A model generated the notes under the pieces. The model was given only the letters and a program-made list of their open reading frames with translations, was not told where the DNA came from and did not search any database. A stretch of 64,000 nt of DNA from Gordius albopunctatus (lineage: Eukaryota), in NCBI GenBank assembly GCA_964276515.1, contig OZ193910.1, positions 4,960,001-5,024,000 of the forward strand, read 5' to 3'. Positions 1-13,500 of the stretch are shown here, in pieces. How positions within the stretch are numbered: position 1 is the first letter of the stretch; every line of letters begins with the position of its first letter. A program made the translations under genes and the position numbers.

Positions 1-45
1 CAATTTTAGTGAAAATATTTGTTATATATGGGCGTAGCTTTGTGC

Positions 46-329
46 CAGGCGCGTAGCCAGGATTTTCTCAAGGGGTAATAAAAATTCAATTTTTTTTTTG
101 ACACTTTTATTTATAATGTAATAAAAGTAAACATCGCGTACGCGTACAATATATCCGAAACTTTAGGGCGGTATATAACCAGCTTTAGAAAAATCTCTTC
201 TATTCATTAATCAGAGCATTTACTATCGATTTTATATATTAAAAAAGGACATGCACCTTCAAAAAAAATTCAAATTTTTGTCAAGGGGGTAGAAAATTCC
301 CGCTTTCTGTCCCCTTGGCTACGCGCCTG
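46..329. mobile_element. hAT MITE (CAGGCGCGTAGCC family)
   Basis: TIR CAGGCGCGTAGCCA/TGGCTACGCGCCTG; TSD CTTTGTGC/TTTTGTGC; nested inside another GGGCGTAGC-type MITE. Confidence 0.85.
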
Positions 330-3300
330 TTTTGTGCCATAGTTTTGAAATGACCTGAGGTCCTTGACTATCCCAAACATCTTTCCTAAAGAGCAAAAAA
401 AAGGTCTCGCCTACGCCTATCCAAAAAAAATTCCGGTTAATTTGGCTAATTAGGGGGAGGGGGCAGCCGCGCTCCCTGCCCCTTCCCTGGTTAATTAGGG
501 GAGGGCAAAACATATTTTTTTAATTTTTAAGGGTTTTTGTATTGAAATTTGCCTAATGCCTACGCCCATGGGCGTAGACAAGGTCCTTCCCCCATTGTCA
601 ATGCAAAAACTCTTAAAATTTAAATAAATTAAAGGTCGAATAAGAAAAATAGAGCAAAAAACCTTTGGTCTATATTATGTTGAGTCCACTAAAACCAAAA
701 GACGACCACCCAGCTGTTTTTACAACACTATAACGGCCTTTTAAAAGTGTATTAAATTCTCCTCGGTAAATAAAAAAATATCACAAATTATAACCTTTCC
801 AGTACAATAAGATAAAAATAAGATCTTTGGATATTTTTATACCAGCAAAAATCTAAAGATACTTTGCAAAATACGGTTTTATTTTATTTTTTACATATGG
901 TTTGTGTTAATTTATCATGTATTTTATAATGGTTCTACCCAAATGCTATTAAAATGTATATCTGGAACTAATATAACTAGACCAACAATAAGTCTATGCA
1001 AACAAAGCTTTAGCTGATCAAAAATCTATAATTGGTAAAAATATGACAATACTATTGTTTTCAATTAAAGTTTTAGACATTTCAGCCCATTTCATCGTAT
1101 TTGACATAAAAAAGAACTCCACGATAGATTATTATTAATCGATATAGTGTTTTTTCTTATATTTACCTTTTTTAATACTTTAGTTTATTAATAACAATTA
1201 ACAAAATAAATATTAATTAGAGTAAAAATATAACCATAGAATGCATGTGTAGTATATTTGTGCTTGTTTTCATTTTACTTTTATAATTAATAAAAGGACA
1301 GCGACAATTTGACCGCAAAACGCAATTAGAGAGTTTCCTGACGCTATTGGCATTTATGGCCTGACGTCATTCCTTTTACACTTCCCAAGGACTTCCAAAA
1401 GTTATTTATATGTCCCTCTCCATCATTAGTTGTGCATCAAACTTTCTCCTTTTTACATCGAATTTTCCCCTCAAATTACTTGGAAAAAATGCTTTTCTTA
1501 ATTTTTCAGATTTTTTTTCATAAATTTTTCAGGGTAGGGGTATATTAAATATTGCGAGGGATGGTGGTATAACTTAACAAGGCAATTTCCTATGAATATG
1601 TAAATTATTAGGATTTTTCCTAAATCCGGGATAGGGCATTTAGCATTTTTGACGATTTTCCATCCCAAATTCTTAGCGTTTTATCACAAAATAATTTTTA
1701 GATCATTTATAGTAGCTCCACTTTCATTCAATTTCGCAGTGTCGTCTATCATAAAAATTGTCAGATTAATATAAAAAGTGGGAGAAAAATCGTTTAATTT
1801 CAAGATCGACAGCCTTTTTTACATATTTTAAATGTTGTCCCGTCCCATAAATTCTTATCATAATCCAATTTAATTTTGCATAAGACTGATTTAATAAATA
1901 TTTAAATTCATTTATTTACCATTTTAAGTGGACATTCATGAATACTCTCCTCATCAAATTGACTAATTTAACAAATTGGATTTTTTTTTGTAAGTTAAAA
2001 AAGGAATATGGTCTAAGAGTCAAGGGCCTGGGCTTAGCCAAGGAAGGGGGCTAGAGGGGCGGCTGCCCCCCTCTAAATTCAAAAATGAATTTAAATTATG
2101 GTTAAAATTTCAAAAATCGTTCATTTTGCCATTCCCTAAATCATTATTGCCCCCCTCTAATTCCAATGCTAGCTATGCCCATGGGCAAGGTAAAAAATCA
2201 GCATTTTACGATTTGCTCCAGTACTATTTTTAGTTATTTATTTATATACAATAATGTACATTATTTTGAGTGGAGTCTCTTATATTGCTGTCTTCAATCA
2301 GGAGGGGAAAAATAAATATTTACATTTGCCCAAGCGTTATCAATAATTTTTGAGAATGAATGACGTCATTACCGAATGACTACCGAACGCCGTTACCATG
2401 GTTACGCCATTTAACAAACGTAAAACGAATGAGGTATTTGTGAATCAACCGCAAAAACCTATAGCTCAGACATAAGTAGAGAACGAGGAGATCAATAATT
2501 CGCAAAACATAAGACTGGTCTACCTTGCTCTGCCTTTCATTTTATCATATTCCCTTCCCTCCAAAATTTATTTTTATTTTTATCATTTTCCCGCTTACAA
2601 TCAAAATTCTATTTTTTGATGCCAGGATAAAGATTATTTAACTCTCCGCGCCAAATTAAAATTGATGATACAACGATTTATGTTTGTAAATTTGTGAAGT
2701 AGCGAACTTGTAGAGTAATCAAATCAAGCCAATAGGAAAAAGAAGGCGCTAGCAAGGTACAATGGCATTTATAACGACGCACTCCTCCCCCCTTTACTTA
2801 TTATTTTCACAAAGGAGTTGAGGGGAGTGAGCTGTAACAACACTGCTTGCCACCGCCCACCACATCACATAAACTCATGCTATAATATAGTATATTTTGG
2901 GTAGTTTGTAAACAAGTTGCGCGAGGTAAAATCATATACTACGCTCGATAAACGACAACCTTTCTCCATCTTTTTAATAAACTTGATTATTATTATCAAC
3001 ACATCCTCCCTCCTCCTCCGATTTCATTCTTATTCATATTCACCAGAAAAGTAGTAATAATAATGGACTTTACGCTTAAGCGATCGGCGGCCATGATGAA
3101 ATTGTTATTATTATCAACTTCCCCTCCTCTCCCCCTCACTTCTAGTTCGCGCTAAACAACAAACAGGAACGAGCAGGCAGGAGTTTATCTTTTTCTCCGA
3201 GGAAAAAAATAAGTTTTGATGTTGGTGTGCATATTATTTTTATCATTATAAAAAACTACATTCATATACATAATACAATACTACAGCATTCGTTACATGC

Positions 3301-6300
3301 GCGCAATAATATGGAGAGAGTAGTTGAAGGGAAAATAGCAGCAAAAGAGATTTTTGCTTGCGCGCCCCCAACCCCAACCCACCACCAGCCTCTACGACTA
3401 TATTTTAAGAGCGGAATTGCATTTTAACCCTTTAATTTATATAATCGCGATTTGAGAACATCATTAACACGAGCTGTCTCCCTCATAAAAGCCTATGGAG
3501 CTATTGGTAGTGGATAAAGGTAAAAGCGTATTTAAAATGCATTTTGCACCGAATTATCAGGTATTTCCGTGGAAAATCTATTTCACATTCTATTTCACTG
3601 CTTGACGGAAGGGAAGTTATTCTAATATTTTATCTCAAAATCGTACTGCCGGACGAAAAGAGGTGGTATTCTATTCGGAATTCCAATTACCCTTCATATA
3701 TCGTTCGTTCTCCATTGCATTTATCTGTTCTTTAGGCAGCTTCTTCGCAAATGCACAATCAAAAATTATTCAACTCACTAAAATATTTATGAAGCCACCT
3801 CAGTATTCATTTATGATCCATGGAAGTGGATGAGTAAATTATTATTATTTTCGAAATATACCCATAAATAACACATTAAAATCAACTTCTTTACTTTATC
3901 TAAAGTTTAACTGAATAAATATTAACTTATAAAGCAGACGATTGCATGATTCAATTATTGCCACCCTTAATCTTCGCAAAATAATATTTTATAACTAATA
4001 ATAAAATTATTTTAAAGTTTTTCTTTGTTAATAAAATAATCTACCTAAGGGAGGTAGTGTATATGCTTATATCAACTTCATTTCCGTTTCATTCACAAAA
4101 ATAGGTTTGTCCTCCATTTTTTCGCCTTGCCTTTACCCTCTTGGTAAATATCGATCGATACCAGCAGGCAGTCCCCACTTTCATTCACAAATATAACGCA
4201 GCTACTGAATATTTAATTATTCGCTAGATGGAGTATTTATTCCTAAATTTAACCTGAAAATTACTTTTGAGTGTTTCAATAAATCATTTTTGAAAAAGTT
4301 TATTAGCTAGAGCTTTAATTATGCTTTACCACTACAAAAGTCCAGACGAGGGGACTCTAATTTTTGCTAGTTTGGGCCGAAATATTGGTGGTTTACTTGA
4401 CCTAAAAATTAAATTAAGGCTATCGACTTACCTCTTTACATCAGCTTTCATAGCCTCTCAAATTATTGATTTTTAATTTTATTCATTTAGCTTACCTTAT
4501 TAATTATTTTGGAATCATCTAATTTATTTTTTAATCTCTTGAATACCGCTCGCTTAATGAAACGGATATCTGTGATCTCAAAATCACCGTTAGAATCAAA
4601 AGTTAAATTTATGGACGAAAATAATTTTATGAATGTGCAGCTAAATATTAAAACATTCTACCATATAGCGACTAAGTTTTATATTCGGTTGACCAAAATA
4701 TTAAATGAATTGACCTGGACCCCTACCCTTTTGCTTAAGAAATTGTCACCAATAGAGAACTGCACGGGTGACCCGAGACCCGATCCGAAATTAGAGTGAA
4801 GTTTTCAGATTTTAGATAGGGAATCAGGAATAAATAAAAATCTTATATCGGCTTTATCCACTTCAAATCGGACGTATTTAGACCTGAATTCACAACCCAC
4901 TTTTTCTGAAAGCTATGTAATAATTTGCGGAGGAGGGACTCAAACCTTGACGGGTATATAGGAGTTTAAAATCTAATCATTTTTTTTATTGTTACTAATT
5001 CAATTAAAGTATTAATTTTCCTGGAATGTTTCTGTTCATGGAACGCCCTGGACGTAGCTAGGGGTAAGCAGGGGCCACCACACCTATGAACAAGTCATTT
5101 GTCACTCCACCCCATGCAACGAAATTTTCCAAAAAATATTGCAATAGGCTCACATTTTTATATTGCGAGCTTTCAATAAATGTCAGAGACACGGGTTTAA
5201 TAAGTAAAGTTAGGAAGTGGCGCAATATAATTTATTTTATAGTTTTTTTAAATATAATAATATTTTTAATATGAAAGTGACTTGTGGAGAGGGGGGGGCA
5301 TCTGCCCCTTTTTGCCCTCATGGCCTGGCTACGTTCGTGGTCTAATCGTTTTTTGTATATTTGAAAGGGGAAATTCAATTTTTTGCCGAGAGTTTGTTGA
5401 AACCGTTGAAAGAGTAAAGTGGTAGTGCGGAGATTCATTATTGCATCATTCCTTCTCCACGCCTGCCATAAATATCCAGTACACACCCTTTTTTATTTTT
5501 CATTTTTTTACAAATTGTTTTTACACCATTATAAAATGATTAATTAATTATCATCCAATTTCCCAGCACTATTAGGTATAGTTTGCTGGTTTCCCAGTTA
5601 CATAGGCTAAGGCCCTGAAATCAAAATTCCTTTAATCCTTGCTGTTGCTGTTTCTTACTAAATTCCTTAATCTAATACATATATCGATAAAAATTTGAGC
5701 GGCGCTAATTTGATTTATGAAAAAATTAATATGATCATGACATGTAATTATTCCCAATTTTATCGTTAGAATGATGTTTGGAACTTTAAAATGTGTAAAA
5801 TGCGATTAAAATGTTCATCTTACCACACATGCCTTGCCGTTTGTCACTAATTTATGATCACTTGTCTCGTTTGCACACGTATAAAACATTATTCAATGTT
5901 ACAGCTCTACTTTTGCATTTTTTATTTAAATTTTAAAATCCAATATTCCCAAGTTGATTTAGAGTTGTGCCCTAAACGATTACATCATCCATGTTATGAA
6001 CAAACTTTCATATAAATTACACTGTAAGCCCTCAAAATTTAAACGTCGTATATGTTTGTTTGTCATTTTTTGGTAAACGAATATTAAATGCTTAGCAGAT
6101 TCTTTGGATGCGGTGCGGTTAATATCTAATTGATTAATGTCTGCTCGTAATCTTGGTACACGCATTGGTTACCATTACTAAAGATCAGTTAGATGTTATT
6201 AACACTAAAAGCCTGACCCCACCCACTTTGAAGGCGTTTTAAAATTTTCAATCCGAACCCGTTTAATATATTGAACTTGAATCCAACCCGAAAGCATGAA

Positions 6301-7550
6301 AAATCCCTCTCTCGTAAAATACAAAAAATGAGGGTTGAAGTATGCTGCCCCCTACTATGTTTAGCAACGTTTCCTGGAAATTACATATATCCCCTTCTCT
6401 GCTCTCCCTTATTCAACAACCCCTCCTCTTCTATCTACTACCTACTTCTAACAAACATGCATAATATCCTCGAAGCTAGCCCAGCAGCAGCAGCAGCACG
6501 CTAACTTTGCTTGCCACGCTCATTGCTACTAGCAGCTTGTATGTAACGCGATTTTCCTGTAGCAATGTAGTGTAGCCATGGGAGAAGCCAGCATTGCAAT
6601 TAGAGGGGGGGGGCAATTGTGATTTAGATAGGGGCGGGCAAAGTGATCAATTTTTTTTAATTTAAGCCATATTTTTATAAAACTTTTGGATTTGGAAGGG
6701 GAAGCCCCTTCTCCCCCCCTCCCCGGCTACGCCCATGAAAGTGCCGTTTGGAGGGGTAAAATGCAACCCTAAGCTTCATCAACAAGCTAAATCGGTCAAA
6801 TTATTTCGTTCTTTATAAATTTAATTGTAAAAATACGTTAGGAACTTCACAATTTTTATCACTAAAATCATTTACTTCCTGTCAAATCGATCTTAAATCT
6901 TTTTTAATAACATCAAAAGCAGCATCGTACCGACATTGCGAAAAATTTTATTTTCCAAACGTGGCGATATCTACACGTCGTTTTTTATGCCAGCAAAACC
7001 TTGTCCCCCCTCCCCACTCACCCAAGCAAGTGAGACGGTTAGAAAAGATTCTACAAAATTGAAAATTTTGCATCTTATAAGGCGAAGGTGAGGGGTTGTA
7101 GAATTCATTTCGCGCATTTATCACTTGTTTGTGGGAAATGATGATTTTATTGCAACTTATTAAAAACTGTGAGGGGTAAATTTAACAAATTTAGCCATGT
7201 TTTTACCCCGAAAAAGTTTATAATGGACATAGCCAGATGTCTTATTAATTTAACAGGGGTGAGGAAAATGCCCCTCCCCGTGCCTCCCAGCGCGCTGGCC
7301 ACGCCCTTGCCACCCACCACCCACCTTGATAGCTAACCTCCTTTTTGCTGGCCATTTAAATGACCATGTCTACTCCATTTCCTATCCTACACTATCATCC
7401 CCCCCCCTCTGTCTCCCACTAATTTTGACTTTAAATTGCGAAACCTCTACGAATAACCGCTATTTTTATTATTTTTGAAGAAAAATTAAAAGATCCCATA
7501 TAATTTTTCTTTGCATTCGCCTTTTTCATCCCAAACTCATCCTTCGCTAG

Positions 7551-10500
7551 ATGGAATTTGGGTAAGTGCGTGTTTAGTCTCCCGATGTGCAAATAGTAAA
7601 TATTAAAATTAAATTTTTTAAAATTTTCTAATGCGTCTCCTCACACAAGACTATATTAGTTATTTTGGGCGTACTCAAATTTTACCCTAAATCAATATCA
7701 AAAAGTTTGGTATTGATTTAGGGAAGGATCAAATTTGTTCCCTCTTGGCTAGGGCCCTGCACGGGCCGCCGTCTAAAGCCCGGAGCCAAAAATAAAAATT
7801 TTATTGTGACTTCGGGTTAAGGTTGGGTCGACCCCGCCCGAGGTCCGAGCCCGCCCTGAGACAAAATCTACCTTAATTTTTTTGTAAAAACTTTTTACTA
7901 ATTTCTTTGTTGAGGAGGCATTTGGAGACAAAACATTTTTATGTTAAATGAAAGGTGCGGGTGGTATTTTGAATAAATTTACAGTTAAAAAAAATTAGGC
8001 CGGGCTCGGGCCTGAATAAAAAATATTTTGGGCTAGAGTCGAAGAAATTTCGCAGGGCTCTATCCTTGGCTACGTCCATGTGATCTCTTCTCTATCATTA
8101 ACTCGTAAAATAATAAGAATTCACAGCTGTATGTTTAGGCTCAATTTAAATCTTCATCACTAAGTGTACAGCCAGGGAAAGAATATCCATTTGACAGTTT
8201 GGTCAGCCTATATATATAATTGTAATTGCCAAATTCCCCTCTAATGCCCATTTGTTAATAATAACGATAAATGATTTAGAATTTTTTATTCGTTTTTGAA
8301 AACTTTGTGGGTATTTAAAGTTAGGGCTAAAATAAGTTTTAAATTTAATAATATCTTATTTATAACGAACACATTTTCCATATGCCCCTATTTGCAACTA
8401 TATTTTTTTGCCTTGATTGACCTTCTCTTAGTCCGGTTATAATAATTGCCGCGCGACTGTATAACTAACTACATAACGGAAACAACTGCATTATTATATT
8501 AATACATCACACATAGCATAGACCTGTCATTCATCATAGCTCTATGCTTAAATGTGTTAGGGGGTGAATGATCACTTCCGGACCCCCCCCCCCCCATCTG
8601 CCATCTGCCGCTTTGTTTTAGCATGCTCTCTAAGGGCATAATATTGACATAAAATTCCATTAAAACTACTGTACAAATTGACATACACATAGGCTTAGCC
8701 GGGGGGGGGCAGGAAGGGGCGGCTTTCCCCTTCTAAATCCACAAAATTTATTAAAATTATGGCTAAAATTTCATTAGTTTTAATAAATTAAATAGGTGAA
8801 AGTTTTGATAATAGCTCATTTTCCATTAACAAAATTTCTAAACTCTTCCAAGTTTTAAATTTATAGAGCTAACTGGGAGTAGGTTATCTACCTAAAGTTC
8901 TCATTGGTCGTCTCCATTTATGCATGGTGGGGCAGCTGCTGCCCCTGGTGGTAATATCAATATAGCCCCCCCCCCACATTTATTCCTTTCCTTCTACAAT
9001 TTCATTGTGTCACTTCTAAAAACCGTACGAGAACCTTTTAAGATTTTGTGTTTTTTCTCTAAAATGTGTTCATAATAAATTCTTAAACTAATTACAAAAA
9101 ATTTCAATACTTTATCGGTTCTTAATAAATTTACTTATTTATTGCAGTTTATCAAGTTTAGGAATATCTGCTAAATAACATGATATATGATTACAACTTA
9201 GTATTGGCTAAACAACCTGGGATTTGTTTAGCCAACCTTTGATAGGCTTGAGACCAGAGACGCTATTACAAATATTTATCGTACAGTATTTGTTTAAAAT
9301 GCCATAAATATGTGTTTTTCCCAAATTAGTGCTTGGACATATGATTTTAACGTTTGCAAAGGGGATGATTGTGAGACATTTCAAGGCTTAAGCTAATCAG
9401 TATTTGGAAAAACGTTTAGATCCATGTAATTATAAACTCAAAAGAGCATTTAGCTTTAAAGCACTCCTTGCCTGCCCCTTCCGGCCACCATGACATAATC
9501 ATTGAGTTGAGGACGGAGACGGGTGTAATAATAGGTGAGGGAATCAGTTTGCACAAATATTTGAACGATCGCGTTACTAATTTTTGGGGTGTCTTTAACA
9601 CCATAGTTCCGGCGAATTAGAGACGACCTTTCAAACCAGACCAGCTTATTTCATTCTGAATTACTCGCGACTTCCTCAGAACCCTTTTACTTTAAATTAT
9701 ATGTAATTGCTAGGACTCGATATATACCGTAATTTATTAATATTTTGTATTTTAAGATTTGGATATTATAGATTTTAAGTAATTTTCATTTTTTCCAATA
9801 AATGCTTGTATGAAAAGGTTATTTTTGTTTACAATAATTTTTTGTATTTGCTAATTGGTATTTTAGTAGGGGCTGCTTTTGCAATCGGCAAGGTTAATCA
9901 TTAGTGCGCTAGATAAATTTTGAGCCCAATCTGATTTAACCGCCTTTATTAATTAGTTTATCCTAAAATACCCGCTGCTATCTTCAAGTTGTATATCAAA
10001 TGTGACATAAATTTTACCAAAATATTAAAGCTATTTTTCTTGAATTGATAAATGTTCACAAGTCTGTATCATACTTTAAATTAGTAGCAGAACATATTTT
10101 TAACACTTTGTGAAATAACCCTTTATACCAATACAAGTTATGCAGAAAATTCCCTTACATTTTCGCGCCAGTCTTACCCCCCCCCCCCCCCCCGCGTTCG
10201 TGATGAAGCGCGCGAAGTGAATTTTTAGGCTAATTTATCAAACTTTTCATTCTTTTAATTGCTATGCAATTTATGGGCTCGTTTTTGGTTGTCCGTCCGT
10301 CCGTCCGTCCGTCTACCAAGTTATTTACACCAGCTTCCCGACCTGGAGGTTGCGGGTTCGAGACCCGGAGAGGACAAAATTTTTTTTTTTTTTTTAAATT
10401 AAATTAATATTTTTTTCTTGTTAATACCATTGATAATATGACTTTTTGACCGTCCGCAGGCTACTGACCAATGGAAAAATGACCACTGGCCAGATAAATC

Positions 10501-13500
10501 GAAATTTTTAATTTTTCGTTTTTGAATAGTTTAACATTGATAATTACCCTATGCCGTCCCCTACAAGGGCCTATGGCTCTATTTATATGGTTCCCTGTTC
10601 CCCTCCAAAGGCTTATGCCTCTATTTAATGTGGGTTTGAATCCCTGCGAACGTTCTAAATTGATGGTTCGAGACCCGGAGAGGACAAAAATTTTTATTTT
10701 TTTTTAAATTAAATTAATATATTGTTCTTGTTAATACCATTGATAATATGAATTTTTGACCGTCCGCAGGCTACTGACCAATGAAAAAATGACCACTTGC
10801 CAGATAAATCGAAATTTTTAATTTTTCGTTTTTGAATAGTTTAACATTGATAATTACCCTATGCCCTCCCCTACAAGGGCCTATGGCTCTATTTATATGG
10901 TTCCCTGTTCCCCTCCAAAGGCTTATGCCTCTATTTAATGTGGGTTCGAATCCCGGAGATGGCAAAATTTTTATTTTTTTAATTAATTTAATATTTTGTT
11001 CTTGTTAATACCATTGATAATATGACTTTTTGACCGTCCACTGGCTACTGACCAATGAAAAAATGAACATTGGCCAAATAAATCCTAATTTTTTGTTCGT
11101 TTTTGAATAGGTTAACATTGATAATTACCCTATACTTTTTAATAATTGCTATGCAATTTATCTAGTTTTTGGGTTAGAATCCCGGAGTTTTTTTGACTCT
11201 TATGATTGTTCTTGTTACTATCAATGATAATAAGACTTTTTGGCCGTCCGCTGGCTGTTGACCAATGAAAAAAATGACCATTGGCCAAAATGTGTATCCG
11301 AGTTTATTTTTTCGTTTTTTTTGAATATTATGATTGTTCCTGTTCCTACCATTGCTATTATGACTTTTTGGCCGTCCGCTGGCTGCTGACCAATGGAATA
11401 AAATGACCATTGGCCAAAATGTGATTCGAAAATTTTTTTTTCGTTTTTTTTGACTGTTATGAATTTATATCCACTTTTACCGTGTCCTGGCTGCTGACCA
11501 ATGGAAAAAAATGACCATTGGCCAAAATGTGAATCGAAATTATTTTTTTGGTTTTTTTTTACTATTATGATTGTTCCTGTTCCTACCATTGCTATTATGA
11601 CTTTTTGGCCGCCCGCTGGCTGCTGACCAATGGAATAAAATGACCATTGGCCAAAATGTGTTTCGAAAACTTTTTTTTCGTTTTTTTTTGACTATTATGA
11701 TTGTTCCTGTTCCTACCATTGCTATTATAACTTTTTGGTAATACAACTCCCGTTGAATTTAACTAACCATAAAGCTTCCCCTTCGCTCCCTCTCTCCCCC
11801 TTTATGATATTTGGCATATACACTTATTTAGTGCTTCCAACCTTCGTTTTGCAATATTCACGTAAGTATTTCCATAAATTGCATAGCAAATATGATACAT
11901 TTATACGGAGTGTAGATGAGTTCCCCCTTCCTTCCCCTCCTCCCCTTCCCCCTTCCCACGAGGGCCGAAGGCCCGAGTTTTTTTTTAATACCGTTATATT
12001 CATAGTGAATTTTATCATACATATCACGAAAATAACAATTGTAAATAGGAAACTTTCATAGTGAAACCGCAGAGGCAAAAAGTGAGCGAAAATAAGATGC
12101 AAATCATTTTGTACTTTTCGCGCAATGGTTAAAAAATTGAAATGGGTATGTATGTGTTTTTTATATAATTGTATATGTTTATAGAATAATTATGATCTTA
12201 TCAATGAATGCCATTGATATATGATAAATTTCACGGTGAATATAAAGATATTAATAAAAAAATGAAAAGTTTGATAAATTAGCCCAAAAATTCATTTCGC
12301 TTTTTTCGCTTTCGCGCGCCATCACGAACGCGGGGTTAGCCACCATTATAACATTTTTTTAATCTTTTTTTTGAGAGATAAAGTTAGTTTATTGATATAT
12401 ATATCTAAACATAATTATAAATAATGATATTAAAAAAACATTACATGTAAATTTTGACCTTGCAATTTGAACCATTCCCAAACTATTTGTTAGACCTTCA
12501 TCCTCTCCTCTCTTTAAATCACGTTATTTAAAGTATCAAACGTAAAAACGCAATTTGACAAAAAAATAAACTTTTATAATTTCACAAATATATTCGCGTC
12601 ACGACTCTATATAGCAAATATCGCCATTTTTGCACAGTAAATCGCCATCCTCCAACATCGAATATAATGGACAGGCCAGGACCCCACCACGACGAGAGTG
12701 TGACGAGCTCCTAGGTCAATCGGCAGATAAGGGAGCACTCCCTATCGTTCAACAGCCGAGCGATACACAATTACCAACAGTCTGTCGAGCCAAAAGTCCG
12801 TCTCCGCCATGTTGTTTATTGCAGGTGAGAGCCCAGGTGATGAGACGAGACGATTCCTCGGGTGGGTGGTTGCCTATGGAGGGTGGGGGCTTGAGCCAAA
12901 TAGCCTTGCACGAAACTACAACCACTGCCAAGCCGGGCTCGGATCTGAGCCCATCCGGCCAAAGAAGCTTCCTGATTACGGGTCACCGCATAGCCGATAA
13001 CATGGTAAGTTGCTAGCATAGTCGTTCTCGTTGCGTTGTTGTATTTTAACCTTTGGGCACTCTTTCGGGGCCGAGCTCAAATTTGGGGTCATTTCCCGAA
13101 AACTGGATTGATTTGTTAGTTTTTGTAGTTTAGAATATTAATTCGAAATCTAATTTTATAGAATCGGAAAGTATCGGTCTTTAAACATGTCCCGAAGGGC
13201 GGTAGTCTTATCAAGCTTGGACGGCATTTTGCTTCAAAATAAAACAACGGGCCTTAATATAATTTAACTGGGTGGGGCCGTGTCTTGATCTACTTGAGAT
13301 CCGCTAAAAGCCCGTTAAAAAATAAATGAGATTTTATTTTGTCTTGTGTTCTAATTTACTCGCTTATCTCTTTCAAAATGCTCCTCTGTGTAAACCAATT
13401 CGAGTGGAGCTCACTTCGCAGGTCTTGCCATAAGTTGATAAATTAAGCACTTACACGGCCTAACACGGGTGTAGCCAGAATTGGAATTAGAAGGGGCCAA

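Noticed and set aside
1362..2368. TGACGTCA (CRE) palindromes upstream of SPRED
   Set aside because: Isolated 8-mers, one possibly within a repeat, and the motif also occurs in a TE near 60990; no support without conservation or ChIP data.
10340..10960. tRNA genes suggested by GGTTCGAATCCC motifs
   Set aside because: No acceptor stem, D-arm or anticodon arm can be folded; the motifs are parts of tandem repeat units.
11174..12102. ORFs of 68-122 aa in the repeat array (and 63526-63789)
   Set aside because: Translations of tandem repeat and TE sequence, open in several frames, with no domain signature.
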